A stretch of 32,000 bases of DNA from Archaeoglobus fulgidus DSM 4304. GTDB taxonomy: Archaea; Halobacteriota; Archaeoglobi; Archaeoglobales; Archaeoglobaceae. The notes under the pieces were generated by a model, which was given only the letters and a program-made list of their open reading frames with translations, was not told where the DNA came from and did no database searches. A program made the position numbers and the translations under genes. The DNA is taken from contig NC_000917.1 of the NCBI RefSeq assembly GCF_000008665.1, forward strand, positions 240,001 to 272,000, written 5' to 3'. How positions within the stretch are numbered: position 1 is the stretch's first letter; each line of letters opens with the position of its first letter. Below are positions 8,987 through 18,461 of this stretch, piece after piece.

Positions 8987-10591
8987 ATGGTCAGAACCGA
9001 GTTTGGCAGACTGCAAGAGCATCCTATTGTCGATTTTAAAAGAGGAAAAGAGGTCACAATTTACCTCAATGGCAAGCCCGTAAAGGCATATGAGGGGGAG
9101 ACAGTTGCTGCTGCACTTTACGCTGCCGGAGTCAGAGTTTTCAGCCGATCCTTCAGATGGCACCGCCCGAGGGGATTCTTCTGCGCCATAGGCAAGTGCT
9201 CAGCATGCATGATGGAGGTTGACGGCATCCCGAACGTCAGAACCTGCAAGGTTTACGTCAGGGACGGGATGCAGGTCAGAACGCAGAGCGGGATGCCTGA
9301 TGCTGAGAAAGATGTTTTCTCCATTCTCGATGATGTGATTGACAAAGTCTTCCCCCACGGCAGCCACTACACCAAGTTCACTACCAGCAAGAAAGCAAGG
9401 GAGTTCATGGTCAAGAGAATGAGGAAGTTTACGGGCTTCGGCAACCCGCCAAAGGCTGTATTTCAGGGAAGAGCGGAGCTTGAGGAGATTGAAACTGATG
9501 TGCTGGTTATCGGGGGAGGTCCGGGAGGAATGTCGGCAGCAATAAACGCTGGGAAGTATGGGGCAAAGGTTCTGCTTGTTGACGAGAATCCCTTCCTCGG
9601 CGGGCAGCTGGTAAAGCAGACGCACCGCTTCTTCGGCTCTGCCAAGGAGAGGGCAGGGACGAGAGGGATAAAAATTGCCGGAATTCTGGAGGAGGAGCTC
9701 AACAGCATAGAGAATGTTGAGGTGAGAAGGGAAACGAGGGTTTTCGGAATCTACAACGGTGAGGCGGGGGCTTATCAGAGGTTAAACGATGATGAGGGAA
9801 AGCTTTTGAGAATAAAGGCCAAGAAGATTGTTGTAGCTACGGGAGCTTACGAGAGGACGCTGATCTTTGAGAACAATGACCTGCCGGGAGTTTACGGTGC
9901 TGGCGGTGTGCAGACGCTGATGAACGTTTACGGAATAAAGCCGGGCAACATGGGGCTGATTGTTGGGTCAGGTAATGTAGGGCTTATCCTCACCTACCAG
10001 CTAATGCAGGCTGGAGTGAATGTTGCGGCCATTGTTGAGGCGATGCCCCGCATTGGAGGCTACTTCGTCCATGCAGCAAAGGTGAGAAGGCTCGGAGTGC
10101 CAATTTACGTGAGACACACCATACTTAAAGCCATAGGAAGGAAGAGCGTTGAGGGGGCTGTGATTGCCCAGCTCGACGACAGGTGGCAGCCAATTCCCGG
10201 CACCGAGAAGGAAATCAAGTGCGACTTCATCTGCGTTGCCGTCGGCTTATCCCCCACACACGAACTGCTCTATCAGGCGGGCTGCGAGATGAAGTTCGTG
10301 CCAGAGCTTGGAGGAATCGTCCCGCTCAGAACGAGATTCAACGAAACGAGTGTTAAGGGGCTTTACGTTGCAGGAGACGTTGCGGGGATTGAGGAAGCAA
10401 CAGCAGCAATCATGGAGGGCAGGATAGCGGGAATTCATGCCGCAGTTACGCTGGGCTATGGTGGTGAGGAGGCGAAGAAGGAGCTGGACGAGGCGGTTAA
10501 GGAAATAGAGGAGTTCAGAGCTGGGCCCTTCGGAGAGAGAATAGTCTGCGGATTGGAGAAGTGCACACTTGAGAGCGAGGTGATGCTATGA
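8987..10591 (+). CDS. NAD(P)/FAD-dependent oxidoreductase with N-terminal 2Fe-2S segment; alpha subunit of dye-linked (proline/opine/sarcosine oxidase-like) dehydrogenase
   Basis: CAIGKCSACMMEVDG, VLVIGGGPGGMSAAINAGKYGAKVLLVDE, GLIVGSGNVGLILTYQLMQAG, GLYVAGDVAGIEEATAAIMEGRIAG. Confidence 0.88.
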   Translation: MVRTEFGRLQEHPIVDFKRGKEVTIYLNGKPVKAYEGETVAAALYAAGVRVFSRSFRWHRPRGFFCAIGKCSACMMEVDGIPNVRTCKVYVRDGMQVRTQSGMPDAEKDVFSILDDVIDKVFPHGSHYTKFTTSKKAREFMVKRMRKFTGFGNPPKAVFQGRAELEEIETDVLVIGGGPGGMSAAINAGKYGAKVLLVDENPFLGGQLVKQTHRFFGSAKERAGTRGIKIAGILEEELNSIENVEVRRETRVFGIYNGEAGAYQRLNDDEGKLLRIKAKKIVVATGAYERTLIFENNDLPGVYGAGGVQTLMNVYGIKPGNMGLIVGSGNVGLILTYQLMQAGVNVAAIVEAMPRIGGYFVHAAKVRRLGVPIYVRHTILKAIGRKSVEGAVIAQLDDRWQPIPGTEKEIKCDFICVAVGLSPTHELLYQAGCEMKFVPELGGIVPLRTRFNETSVKGLYVAGDVAGIEEATAAIMEGRIAGIHAAVTLGYGGEEAKKELDEAVKEIEEFRAGPFGERIVCGLEKCTLESEVML

Positions 10592-11073
10592 CCCAGTATC
10601 TGGAAAGAGGATACCTTGAGAGGGATGAGCTCCCGCCCTTTCCAAGCGAGGAGAGGTTGAAGAAGAAGGCAGTAGCCTACATCGAGTGCCCCCAGCCCAT
10701 CCCATGCAGCCCCTGCTTCGAATCCTGTCCCGCAAACGCCATTGAGATGAAAAACATCAACGACCCGCCAAAGGTTGACTACGAGAAGTGCACGGGATGC
10801 ATGAAGTGCATTCGCGTTTGTCCGGGCCTCGCAATCTTCATGCTTAGACTGAGAGACGACGGCAAGGGAGAGGTGACGCTGCAATACGAGTTCCTGCCGT
10901 GGCTGAAGAAGGGAGACAGGGTGAAGCTGTACAACAGGAAAGGTGAGGAAATCGGTGAGGGAGTGGTTAACTGGGTTCTGCCGCCAGAGAGGAACGACAA
11001 CACCTCTCTCGTCAGAGTGGAGGTGCCTGCAGAGCTGATTTTCGAAGTCAGGGCTGTAAGGCCAGTGGGGTGA
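10588..11073 (+). CDS. 4Fe-4S ferredoxin subunit
   Basis: CPQPIPCSPCFESCPANAI and CTGCMKCIRVCPG cluster motifs; overlaps the upstream gene by 4 nt. Confidence 0.85.
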   Translation: MTQYLERGYLERDELPPFPSEERLKKKAVAYIECPQPIPCSPCFESCPANAIEMKNINDPPKVDYEKCTGCMKCIRVCPGLAIFMLRLRDDGKGEVTLQYEFLPWLKKGDRVKLYNRKGEEIGEGVVNWVLPPERNDNTSLVRVEVPAELIFEVRAVRPVG

Positions 11074-11357
11074 TAAGCGTGAAGGACAGGAAGGTTGTTT
11101 GCAGGTGTGAGGATCTGACCGAGGAGGAGATAATCCACGCCATCGAGCTTGGCTACGACGACCTTGAGAGCCTCAAGAGGTTTACCGGAGCAACGACTGG
11201 CCCATGTCAGGGTAAGAGCTGTCTGATGCACATCCTAAGAATACTCAGCCAGAAGACTGGCAAGAGCGTTGATGAGATTGGCGTAACAACGCAGAGGCAG
11301 CCCGTGAATCCGGTCCCGCTTTACATACTCGCTGCAGGGAAGGGTGATAAAGAATGA
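11070..11357 (+). CDS. BFD-like (2Fe-2S) small subunit
   Basis: VVCRCEDLTEEEIIHAIELGYDDLESLKRFTGATTGPCQGKSC is a classic BFD-type CxC...CxxxxC motif. True start may be the GTG at 11079. Confidence 0.82.
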   Translation: MISVKDRKVVCRCEDLTEEEIIHAIELGYDDLESLKRFTGATTGPCQGKSCLMHILRILSQKTGKSVDEIGVTTQRQPVNPVPLYILAAGKGDKE

Positions 11358-12418
11358 AGGTCGCTGTTATCGGTGGAGGAGTTGCGGGGCTTTCTGCAGC
11401 GTACTTTCTGGCAAAGGCTGGGGCTGACGTGAAGGTTTTCGAGCAGAAGTATCTGCTTTACGGTGCGAGCGGAAGGAACTCAGGCGGTTTGACTGCCCAG
11501 TTCACAAATGAAGCTATGATAAAGCTGGCAAAGAGAACGCTTGAACTCTACGATGAACTTCAGTCAGAGGTCGGGTTCAACTTTCTGCTGAGAAGGGACG
11601 GCTACGTCAAGATTGCGGGCAAGGGTGAGGAGGCGAAGCTCAGGGAAGAGGTTGAGTTCCAGAGAAAAGCCGGAGTTAAGGTGAAGATGGTCGAGCCTGA
11701 GTTCGTTAAGGAGCTGTTCCCCGACATAAACACCTCCGCCTTCACCGCTGCAAGCTACTTCGCCGATGGTGGAGTTGTTTTTCCATGGCCCGTTGTATGG
11801 GGGCTGGCAAAGGGCTGCAGGGAGCTTGGAGTGGAGATTTACGACTACACCCCGGCAAGTGTTGAGGTGAAGGGCAACGATCTAACTGTGAAAGCCAGCG
11901 GGGAGAGCTACAAGGTTGACTACATCATCAACGCTGCAGGGGCATGGAGCAATGAAATCAGCCAGCAGGCAGGGGTGGAGCTGAACAACAAGGTTTTCAG
12001 GGAGGAGATATGCGTAACTGAAAGCCTGAAGCCCTACCTTGACCCCTACATTATGGATATCTCAACAGGCGTTTACTTCAGCCAGTCCATGAGAGGAGAA
12101 ATCGTTGGAGGGATTCTTGGCAGCGAGACGGACAGGCTTGAAACCAAAGCCTCCCTCGACTTTCTCACGACCTACGCAAAGAGGGTTACTGAGCTTGTGC
12201 CCAAGCTGAGGGGTATGGCAGTGCTGAGGCAGTGGGCAGGGCTATACGATGCAGGCAGGAACGGAATGCCTGTAATCGGCCAGACGAAAGTCAGGGGATT
12301 CATCCAGCTCAACGGCTTTGGCAGGCACGGCATGTCCCTCGCCTTGGCTGCAGGAGAGGGTGTGGCGGAGCTGATAGTGAAGGGAAGAAGCTCGATTGTT
12401 GAGCCCTTTAAACCTTAA
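11354..12418 (+). CDS. FAD-dependent amino-acid (proline/sarcosine-type) dehydrogenase, beta subunit
   Basis: MKVAVIGGGVAGLSAAYFLAKAGADVKVFEQKYLLYGASGRNSGGL, GMPVIGQTKVRGFIQLNGFGRHGMSLALAAGEGVAELI (DAO family). Confidence 0.88.
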   Translation: MKVAVIGGGVAGLSAAYFLAKAGADVKVFEQKYLLYGASGRNSGGLTAQFTNEAMIKLAKRTLELYDELQSEVGFNFLLRRDGYVKIAGKGEEAKLREEVEFQRKAGVKVKMVEPEFVKELFPDINTSAFTAASYFADGGVVFPWPVVWGLAKGCRELGVEIYDYTPASVEVKGNDLTVKASGESYKVDYIINAAGAWSNEISQQAGVELNNKVFREEICVTESLKPYLDPYIMDISTGVYFSQSMRGEIVGGILGSETDRLETKASLDFLTTYAKRVTELVPKLRGMAVLRQWAGLYDAGRNGMPVIGQTKVRGFIQLNGFGRHGMSLALAAGEGVAELIVKGRSSIVEPFKP

Positions 12419-12525
12419 TTTTTCATAGGTAGTTTTAGAGGTTTTTACTATTTTTCAAAAGCAGGGAATTATTAAGTATTAGGAATGTGCTTTTGTAATT
12501 AATCAGTTAAATTGGAGGTGAAAGT

Positions 12526-15429
12526 TTGGGAAATTTCGGACTGTTTAGAGGATTAACTGCCGCTCTGCTTCTGCTTGCACTGCTGCAAACAGTAAACGCA
12601 GCTACCATAACTGGCTGCACTCAAATTCAGAGTCCGGGCTACTACGAGCTTGCCAGCGACATAACAGCATCGGGAACGTGTATTGTGATAACCTCTGACC
12701 ATGTGACATTTGACGGAAAGGGTCACAAGATTTCGGGGACAACCGGAGATGGGATATTCGTTGTGAGCCAGACTGTGTATAATGACCCGGTTTACAACTA
12801 CACAAACGTCATTAAAAACGTGTCCATACAGAACGTGGTAGTAGAGGGTTTTGACGTAGGAATACACATAAGAGGGGCACAGGGAGTCGCGGTAACAAAA
12901 TCTGAGATTTTAAACTCGGCCTCCATAGGGATTCACGTGGAGTTCTCAGACAACGCACTGGTTTATGAAAATGTTGTCAGGAATGCAGATGTCGGAATAA
13001 AGATTGCCAACAGCTTCGCATCCGATATAGCCCACAACAGAGTTACAGGCTGCAACATTGGAATCTACACAGCAAAATACAAGGTTTTCTACGGGGACTG
13101 GCCCTACATTGGTTTGAAAAATGTTTATATTTACGACAATTACCTTAAAAACCACCAGAACATAGGCGGACTTGCAGCGAATCCCGCAACCGACCCCGGA
13201 GATCTGGAAAACGTCAATCTGTTTACTCAGAAAACACCCGGGACCAACATAATTGGTGGCCCATACTTCGGTGGTAACTTCTACAGCACGCCCTCTGGCA
13301 ACGGATACAGCGACCTGTGTGTTGATGCAGACGTTGATGGGCTGTGCGACCAGCCGTTCAACGCTGGCTACCTCGTCGACAAGTATCCTCTTACATACAT
13401 CACAGCAGCAGGACCTGACGTTACTCCGGAATTAAAGCCTGAAAAGCTCGTTGTTGTTAAGCCTGCAGAGGGAGAGAGCTTCTGCGCTGGAGATGAGATA
13501 GTCATTGAGTGGACTGGAGGAGATGAGGATTGGAGGGTTGACCTTTCCTTGGTGGATACTCTCAGTCTGGCAATGACGCCGATAGCTTCCGGAATACACA
13601 ATTCAGGGCAGTACACATGGACCATTCCTGCAACTTTGTCCCCAGGAACGTACCAGATATACATTCAGGAAATCAACCAGCGTGATTACGCTTACGGAGG
13701 CAAGTTTTTTGTCATAGACTGCAGCCAGCAGGCAACGAAAGGTATTGAGGTTCCGGAGTGTGAGGGGATAATCGACCTCAGCACCGGCACAACCGGAAAC
13801 TTCATTCCGGACTTATACGGTGCTGCAGAAGATTCTGTGAATGACCCGGTGGACTGGGAGGTTGAGGGGATGACGGCTTACGTCGTCCCACCGTATCCGG
13901 GGTGGTATTCGGGTCCAGAAATCGACTCCATTGCAAACTGGATTACGCCCTACACCAACCAGAACCACAATTACCCGCAGGGATACGGAGACTTTAAAGC
14001 CACGCTAAAGTTTACTGCTCCAGCAAACGGAAATATTACTCTCTACTACACAGCAGACGACGGTCTCGACCTATACCTCGACGGAAACCTTGTGGATTCC
14101 TACAAAGTTTACAAGGGTTTCACGCAGCTAAGAAAATACGAAACTAACGTTATTGCTGGACAGCACGTGATTACTGCCAGCGTTGAAGATGAACACAGAG
14201 TAGTTTCAGGATTCCTCGCAATAGGGTGGTTCTGTCCAACCGAGGTGGTTGAAAAACCATGTGAAAGACCGCAGACGGTAAAGCTTCAGGTTGGTGAGAA
14301 GTACCAGTGCGGAGACTATGTGATATCGATAGAAAAGGTCTCCACAAACGGCTACGCTACAGTAACGGTTTACGAGAACGGCAACCTTGTCGGAAGCTAC
14401 TCCGTGAACCTCGGTCAGAGTCTGGTTGTGGGAGGTTTGACCCTTACGCTAAAGGAGATGTCAGAAAACACAGTCGTACTTGAAGTTTGCTGTGAAGAAG
14501 CAGTAGCATGTGAAAACTGGAGGGAAGTCGAGCTGAAGATAGGCGAGAAATATCAGTGCGGAGATTATACGATTGTGCTGGACAACGTCGACTACCCAAC
14601 TCAGGCGGTGAAGGTTGCAGTATACGACTCCTCAGGAAACCTTTTGGGAATTCATCAGCTCTCAGTTGGAGACAGCATTTCCCAGCCGAGTTTGGTTTTG
14701 ACTGATATCACCGGAGACAATTCCGCTAAATTCAAGATTTGCTGTGAGGAACTACCTATAGAATGTGAAGAGAAGGACATGAGGGCTGTAATAGGGCAAA
14801 AGTATCCGTGTGGAGATTACTACTTCACCATGACTGGGCTCAATTATGCTGATCAGAAGGTCACGATATCGATAATAGACCAGAGCGGAAATATTCTGTC
14901 AACCCACACGCTTGGAGTGGGAGATACAGCCGTGGAAGGGAGCATAAAGATTACTCTGAGCCAGATTACGGGAGATAACTCGGCATTGTTTACGGTGTGC
15001 TGTGAGAAGGTCGCATGTGAAACATGGACAGAGGTTGATGCCAAAATAAGGGAAAAGTATCAGTGCGGAGAGTACACCTTAACTCTGAACAGCGTGAATT
15101 ACGCAAACCAGAGCGTTGAAATATCCGTTTATGATTCGGGAGGCAATCTGATAGCCACTCACCAGCTCTCAGTTGGAGACAGCATTTCCCAGCCGAGTTT
15201 GGTTTTGACAGATATCACCGGAGATAATTCAGCCAGATTCAAGGTTTGCTGTGAGAAGGTCAGCAAGGTACAACCTTCTTACACCACAACGATAAATCCA
15301 GAGGAGGTTACCGAGGTTCCAGCCACCACGGAGAAAGGAGGTGGGGAAGTCTCAGCTACGCCGGGCTTTGAAGCTCTCATTGCTGTAGCCGGGCTACTCG
15401 GTGTGGGCTACCTCCTGAGAAGGAAGTAA
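12526..15429 (+). CDS. Secreted surface protein: NosD-like parallel beta-helix, PA14-like region, four Cys-bearing repeats, PGF-CTERM anchor
   Basis: GGAGGTG RBS before a TTG start; signal peptide LTAALLLLALLQTVNA; periodic VVEGFDVGIHIRG/VVRNADVGIKIANS; ITLYYTADDGLDLYLDGNLV; C-terminus PGFEALIAVAGLLGVGYLLRRK. Confidence 0.85.
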   Translation: MGNFGLFRGLTAALLLLALLQTVNAATITGCTQIQSPGYYELASDITASGTCIVITSDHVTFDGKGHKISGTTGDGIFVVSQTVYNDPVYNYTNVIKNVSIQNVVVEGFDVGIHIRGAQGVAVTKSEILNSASIGIHVEFSDNALVYENVVRNADVGIKIANSFASDIAHNRVTGCNIGIYTAKYKVFYGDWPYIGLKNVYIYDNYLKNHQNIGGLAANPATDPGDLENVNLFTQKTPGTNIIGGPYFGGNFYSTPSGNGYSDLCVDADVDGLCDQPFNAGYLVDKYPLTYITAAGPDVTPELKPEKLVVVKPAEGESFCAGDEIVIEWTGGDEDWRVDLSLVDTLSLAMTPIASGIHNSGQYTWTIPATLSPGTYQIYIQEINQRDYAYGGKFFVIDCSQQATKGIEVPECEGIIDLSTGTTGNFIPDLYGAAEDSVNDPVDWEVEGMTAYVVPPYPGWYSGPEIDSIANWITPYTNQNHNYPQGYGDFKATLKFTAPANGNITLYYTADDGLDLYLDGNLVDSYKVYKGFTQLRKYETNVIAGQHVITASVEDEHRVVSGFLAIGWFCPTEVVEKPCERPQTVKLQVGEKYQCGDYVISIEKVSTNGYATVTVYENGNLVGSYSVNLGQSLVVGGLTLTLKEMSENTVVLEVCCEEAVACENWREVELKIGEKYQCGDYTIVLDNVDYPTQAVKVAVYDSSGNLLGIHQLSVGDSISQPSLVLTDITGDNSAKFKICCEELPIECEEKDMRAVIGQKYPCGDYYFTMTGLNYADQKVTISIIDQSGNILSTHTLGVGDTAVEGSIKITLSQITGDNSALFTVCCEKVACETWTEVDAKIREKYQCGEYTLTLNSVNYANQSVEISVYDSGGNLIATHQLSVGDSISQPSLVLTDITGDNSARFKVCCEKVSKVQPSYTTTINPEEVTEVPATTEKGGGEVSATPGFEALIAVAGLLGVGYLLRRK
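14272..15257 (+). repeat. Four in-gene tandem repeats, period about 249-258 bp (83-86 aa)
   Basis: Each unit carries (K/P)YxCG(D/E)Y ... (V/I)CCEx. CC codons recur near 14488, 14740, 14998 and 15247. Units 2 and 4 share 47 identical bp (14656-14702 = 15163-15209). Confidence 0.9.
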
Positions 15430-15482
15430 TACGATTGTAACACAATCAAAAACTCTTTTTCCCTATTTTTTAAAGTTGGACT

Positions 15483-16496
15483 ATGACTCTGAAGTTCGTT
15501 AAAGGAGAGAGCGATAACCTTGAGCTGGCAAAGGGCAGGGCAGCATTCGTGCTCGTTATTGGAAACACAAAGACTGCAAACATTGAGGGGATAACGGTTG
15601 CCGGGGCAAATCCAGAGCTGATAAAGTACACTCCCCCCGCAGATGCGGAGTTACTCTACCACGGGAAATGCCTCTCCATTGATGGTGTACCCGCAACGCC
15701 AGACGGAAAGCCAACTCCAGCCCTGATAACCTACACCGCCTTACGCCTTACCTCCATCCCACTCTTCGTTGTAAACTCCGGCCTGATGGTTCCGCCAAAA
15801 ATCCCCTACATCGACCTCAACGCTCCAGTGGGGGAGAACATCGCTGAAAGCAGAGCAATGGACAGAGAGAAGGTTGAGGAGGTGTTGGAGAGGGCCAAAA
15901 TTGTAGGAAGGCAGCTTTCAAAGCTTTCGGATGTTCTGATTATTGGAGAGAGCATTCCCGCAGGAACGACAACTGCTGCGGCAGTTTTAAAGGCTCTCGG
16001 CCTTAACGCAGCTGTCTCATCCAGCATGCCTGAAAACCCGGTTGAGCTGAAGAGGAAGGTTGTTGAGAGGGCTGTGGAGAGGGTTGAAAGCAATGACCCC
16101 ATTGAAGTTCTCTCAGCCGTCGGCGACCCGGTAATGGTTGGTGTCGCAGGAATTGCTCTCGGATCAGAAAAGCCAGTAATCTTGGCGGGAGGGACCCAGA
16201 TGGTGGCTATAGCCAACCTCATAGCCAGAATGGGAGAAGTGGAGGCTGTGATAGCCACCACAAAATATGTTGCCAGCGACGCCACAGCAGACCTCTCCCT
16301 CTCCCCCTTCCCCGTCATAGCTTCTGACCCCATGCTCGGTAAGTCACGATATCCGGGGCTGAGGGCTTACGAGGAGGGCTTTGTTAAGGAGGGAGTTGGA
16401 GCTGGCGGGATGACATCTGTGGCTTATGCACGTGGCATAACTCCTGAAAAGTTTTTGGAGGAGGTGGAAAAAGACTACGAAAGGATTGTACTTTGA
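15483..16496 (+). CDS. CobT-like nicotinate-nucleotide:base phosphoribosyltransferase family protein (UPF0284-like)
   Basis: 337 aa; ESIPAGTTTAAAVLKALG, DPVMVGVAGIALGSEKPVILAGGTQMVAI. Confidence 0.8.
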   Translation: MTLKFVKGESDNLELAKGRAAFVLVIGNTKTANIEGITVAGANPELIKYTPPADAELLYHGKCLSIDGVPATPDGKPTPALITYTALRLTSIPLFVVNSGLMVPPKIPYIDLNAPVGENIAESRAMDREKVEEVLERAKIVGRQLSKLSDVLIIGESIPAGTTTAAAVLKALGLNAAVSSSMPENPVELKRKVVERAVERVESNDPIEVLSAVGDPVMVGVAGIALGSEKPVILAGGTQMVAIANLIARMGEVEAVIATTKYVASDATADLSLSPFPVIASDPMLGKSRYPGLRAYEEGFVKEGVGAGGMTSVAYARGITPEKFLEEVEKDYERIVL

Positions 16497-16571
16497 CATT
16501 TCATTTTTTCGCAATTATACTGATTATTAACCAAAAAATTTAAATAGGAGCTAATATCAAACATTAAAATA

Positions 16572-18461
16572 ATGTCGCAATTTATTCTCCTAAAACTAAA
16601 CCAGAGGGGAAAAATTATCGATGTAACTGGTTTACCGGGTCTCAAAGGAAAGTACTTTCACGAGGTTTTTACTGTTGAGAATGGCACCGCATCTCCAGTT
16701 GCAAGGTATAACGGAATGAGCTTCAAAATGGCCAAGGTTGATTTTGATGACGGCCAAGTATGCGTGTTGATTCCGGAGCAGGACGAAAGCTGCCTGGACT
16801 ACCTTCCTATCGGTTTGGCGGTTGTCCGTGATGGTGAAATTGTATACTCAAACAACATGTTCAGAGAATTGTTAGGGGAGAATTACTATTCTGAGCGGTT
16901 CTCAAACTTCATTCGCTCTCTGAATGAAAAAATTGGTGAAGGTGTTGTGAGAGATGAGGTGGCAATCACCTCGGAGCTGGGAGAGGAGAGGAAGTTAGAA
17001 ATCATGGCTTCAAAGGGCTACTATAACGGTAAGGAAGCAATTTTGTGCACACTCAGAGATGCTACGAGGGACAGAGAGTTTGAAAACCTGTTTTTAACGC
17101 TGACAAGTAAAGCATTCGTAGTCGTTTACATCATTCAGGACGGAAAGTTCGCCTTCGTTAACGAGATGGCAACGGGGCTTGGGTACTCAATTGAGGAGCT
17201 ATACCGGATGAATCCCTTTGACTTAGTGCATCCAGATGACAAAGAGCAGGTTATCGACAACTACGTCAGAAGGCTTGCGGGTGAGCACGTTGAGGTTCCC
17301 TACAGGTTCAGACTCGTTGCCAGGGACGGCAGGTTACTTTACGTTGATGCTATAGCAGCGAGGGTGATTTTCAGAGGAAGGCCCGCTGTGATGGGGATGC
17401 TTATAGACAGAACTGATGAAATGAAAAATCAGGAAAAGCTCAAAATGTACGAGAGATTTTTCAGAAGGTCAAAGGACATGTTCTTCATTCTCGACAGATA
17501 CGGCAGGTTTATCGACGTTAACCCAAGATACGCAGAGATCCTGGGGTATGCGAAGGAGGACTTGCTGGGGCGGACTTCGAGAATTATTGCCCACGAGGAC
17601 GACTTGGAGATTCTGAGGGAGAACTTTGGGAAGGTGCTTAGAGGGGAGAGCGTGAAGTTCAGCTTTAGGGCTAAGAGCAGAGATGGTGGGGTAAGGTTTG
17701 TTGAGGTCGTCGAGTGGCCTGTGTTTAAAAATGGTGAGGTTGCTGGGGCTGAAGGTGTTATAAGGGACATTACGGACAGGGTGACAACCGAGGAGGAGCT
17801 GAAAAAGAAAAATCAGCTACTAAGGATAATCGGTGAAATAAACGAGCTCATTTTGAAGGAAAGGGACGAGTACGCTTTGCTGCAGAAGGTTTGCAGATTT
17901 TTCTCAAAAATCAGGGACACGGACTCATGGACTTGGATTCTGGACGGAAACAGGTTAATTAAGGCTACACCTCTAGCTCCAGAGTGTCATCTTGCTGAAA
18001 AAACCAAGGACGGAGTTTTGAGGTTTGAAGATTGCCATTGCCCTTTAAGCAAAGCTAAGAGCCTGGCCGTTCCAATCAGGCATAACGGGAACGTTTTTGG
18101 AGTTCTGGTTCTTTGCAATGTGGGCAGCCTGGCGGAGGATGAAATGACCATAATCGAGGAGCTGGGCATAAACCTGGGCTTTGCCGTCTCATCCTACAGA
18201 GCAGAGAGGGACAGGAAGATAGCCTTCAATCTCCTTCTTGAAAATCTGAAGCAGCTTGAGTCGCTTGCTGACAGGTTGAGAAATCCAGTAGCCATTATTT
18301 CCGGATTTCTCGAGATAAAGGACGACATAGGGTACGAGAGGGCGTTTAGAGAAATTGAGAACCAGATTGAGAGGATAAACAGAATTTTGGATGATTTGAG
18401 GCTGCAGGAGACTCTGACGTACTTCATCCTCAAGGGGGGTTTTGGGACAAAATTCCTTTAA
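16572..18461 (+). CDS. Multi-PAS/GAF sensor protein with rudimentary dimerisation segment and no HATPase domain; last codons supplied by the IS
   Basis: PAS motifs FVNEMATGLGYSIEELYRMNPFDLVHPDD and DRYGRFIDVNPRYAEILGYAKEDLLGR; GAF-like CLVPIRHNGNVFGVLVL region; then SLADRLRNPVAIISGF...INRILDDLRLQETLTYFILKG followed directly by the IS. Confidence 0.85.
   Translation: MSQFILLKLNQRGKIIDVTGLPGLKGKYFHEVFTVENGTASPVARYNGMSFKMAKVDFDDGQVCVLIPEQDESCLDYLPIGLAVVRDGEIVYSNNMFRELLGENYYSERFSNFIRSLNEKIGEGVVRDEVAITSELGEERKLEIMASKGYYNGKEAILCTLRDATRDREFENLFLTLTSKAFVVVYIIQDGKFAFVNEMATGLGYSIEELYRMNPFDLVHPDDKEQVIDNYVRRLAGEHVEVPYRFRLVARDGRLLYVDAIAARVIFRGRPAVMGMLIDRTDEMKNQEKLKMYERFFRRSKDMFFILDRYGRFIDVNPRYAEILGYAKEDLLGRTSRIIAHEDDLEILRENFGKVLRGESVKFSFRAKSRDGGVRFVEVVEWPVFKNGEVAGAEGVIRDITDRVTTEEELKKKNQLLRIIGEINELILKERDEYALLQKVCRFFSKIRDTDSWTWILDGNRLIKATPLAPECHLAEKTKDGVLRFEDCHCPLSKAKSLAVPIRHNGNVFGVLVLCNVGSLAEDEMTIIEELGINLGFAVSSYRAERDRKIAFNLLLENLKQLESLADRLRNPVAIISGFLEIKDDIGYERAFREIENQIERINRILDDLRLQETLTYFILKGGFGTKFL

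Noticed and set aside
15806-16333. 175-aa antisense ORF over the CobT-like gene
   Set aside because: Shadow of a conserved coding frame, Ser/Ala/Leu-rich, no RBS or recognisable family.
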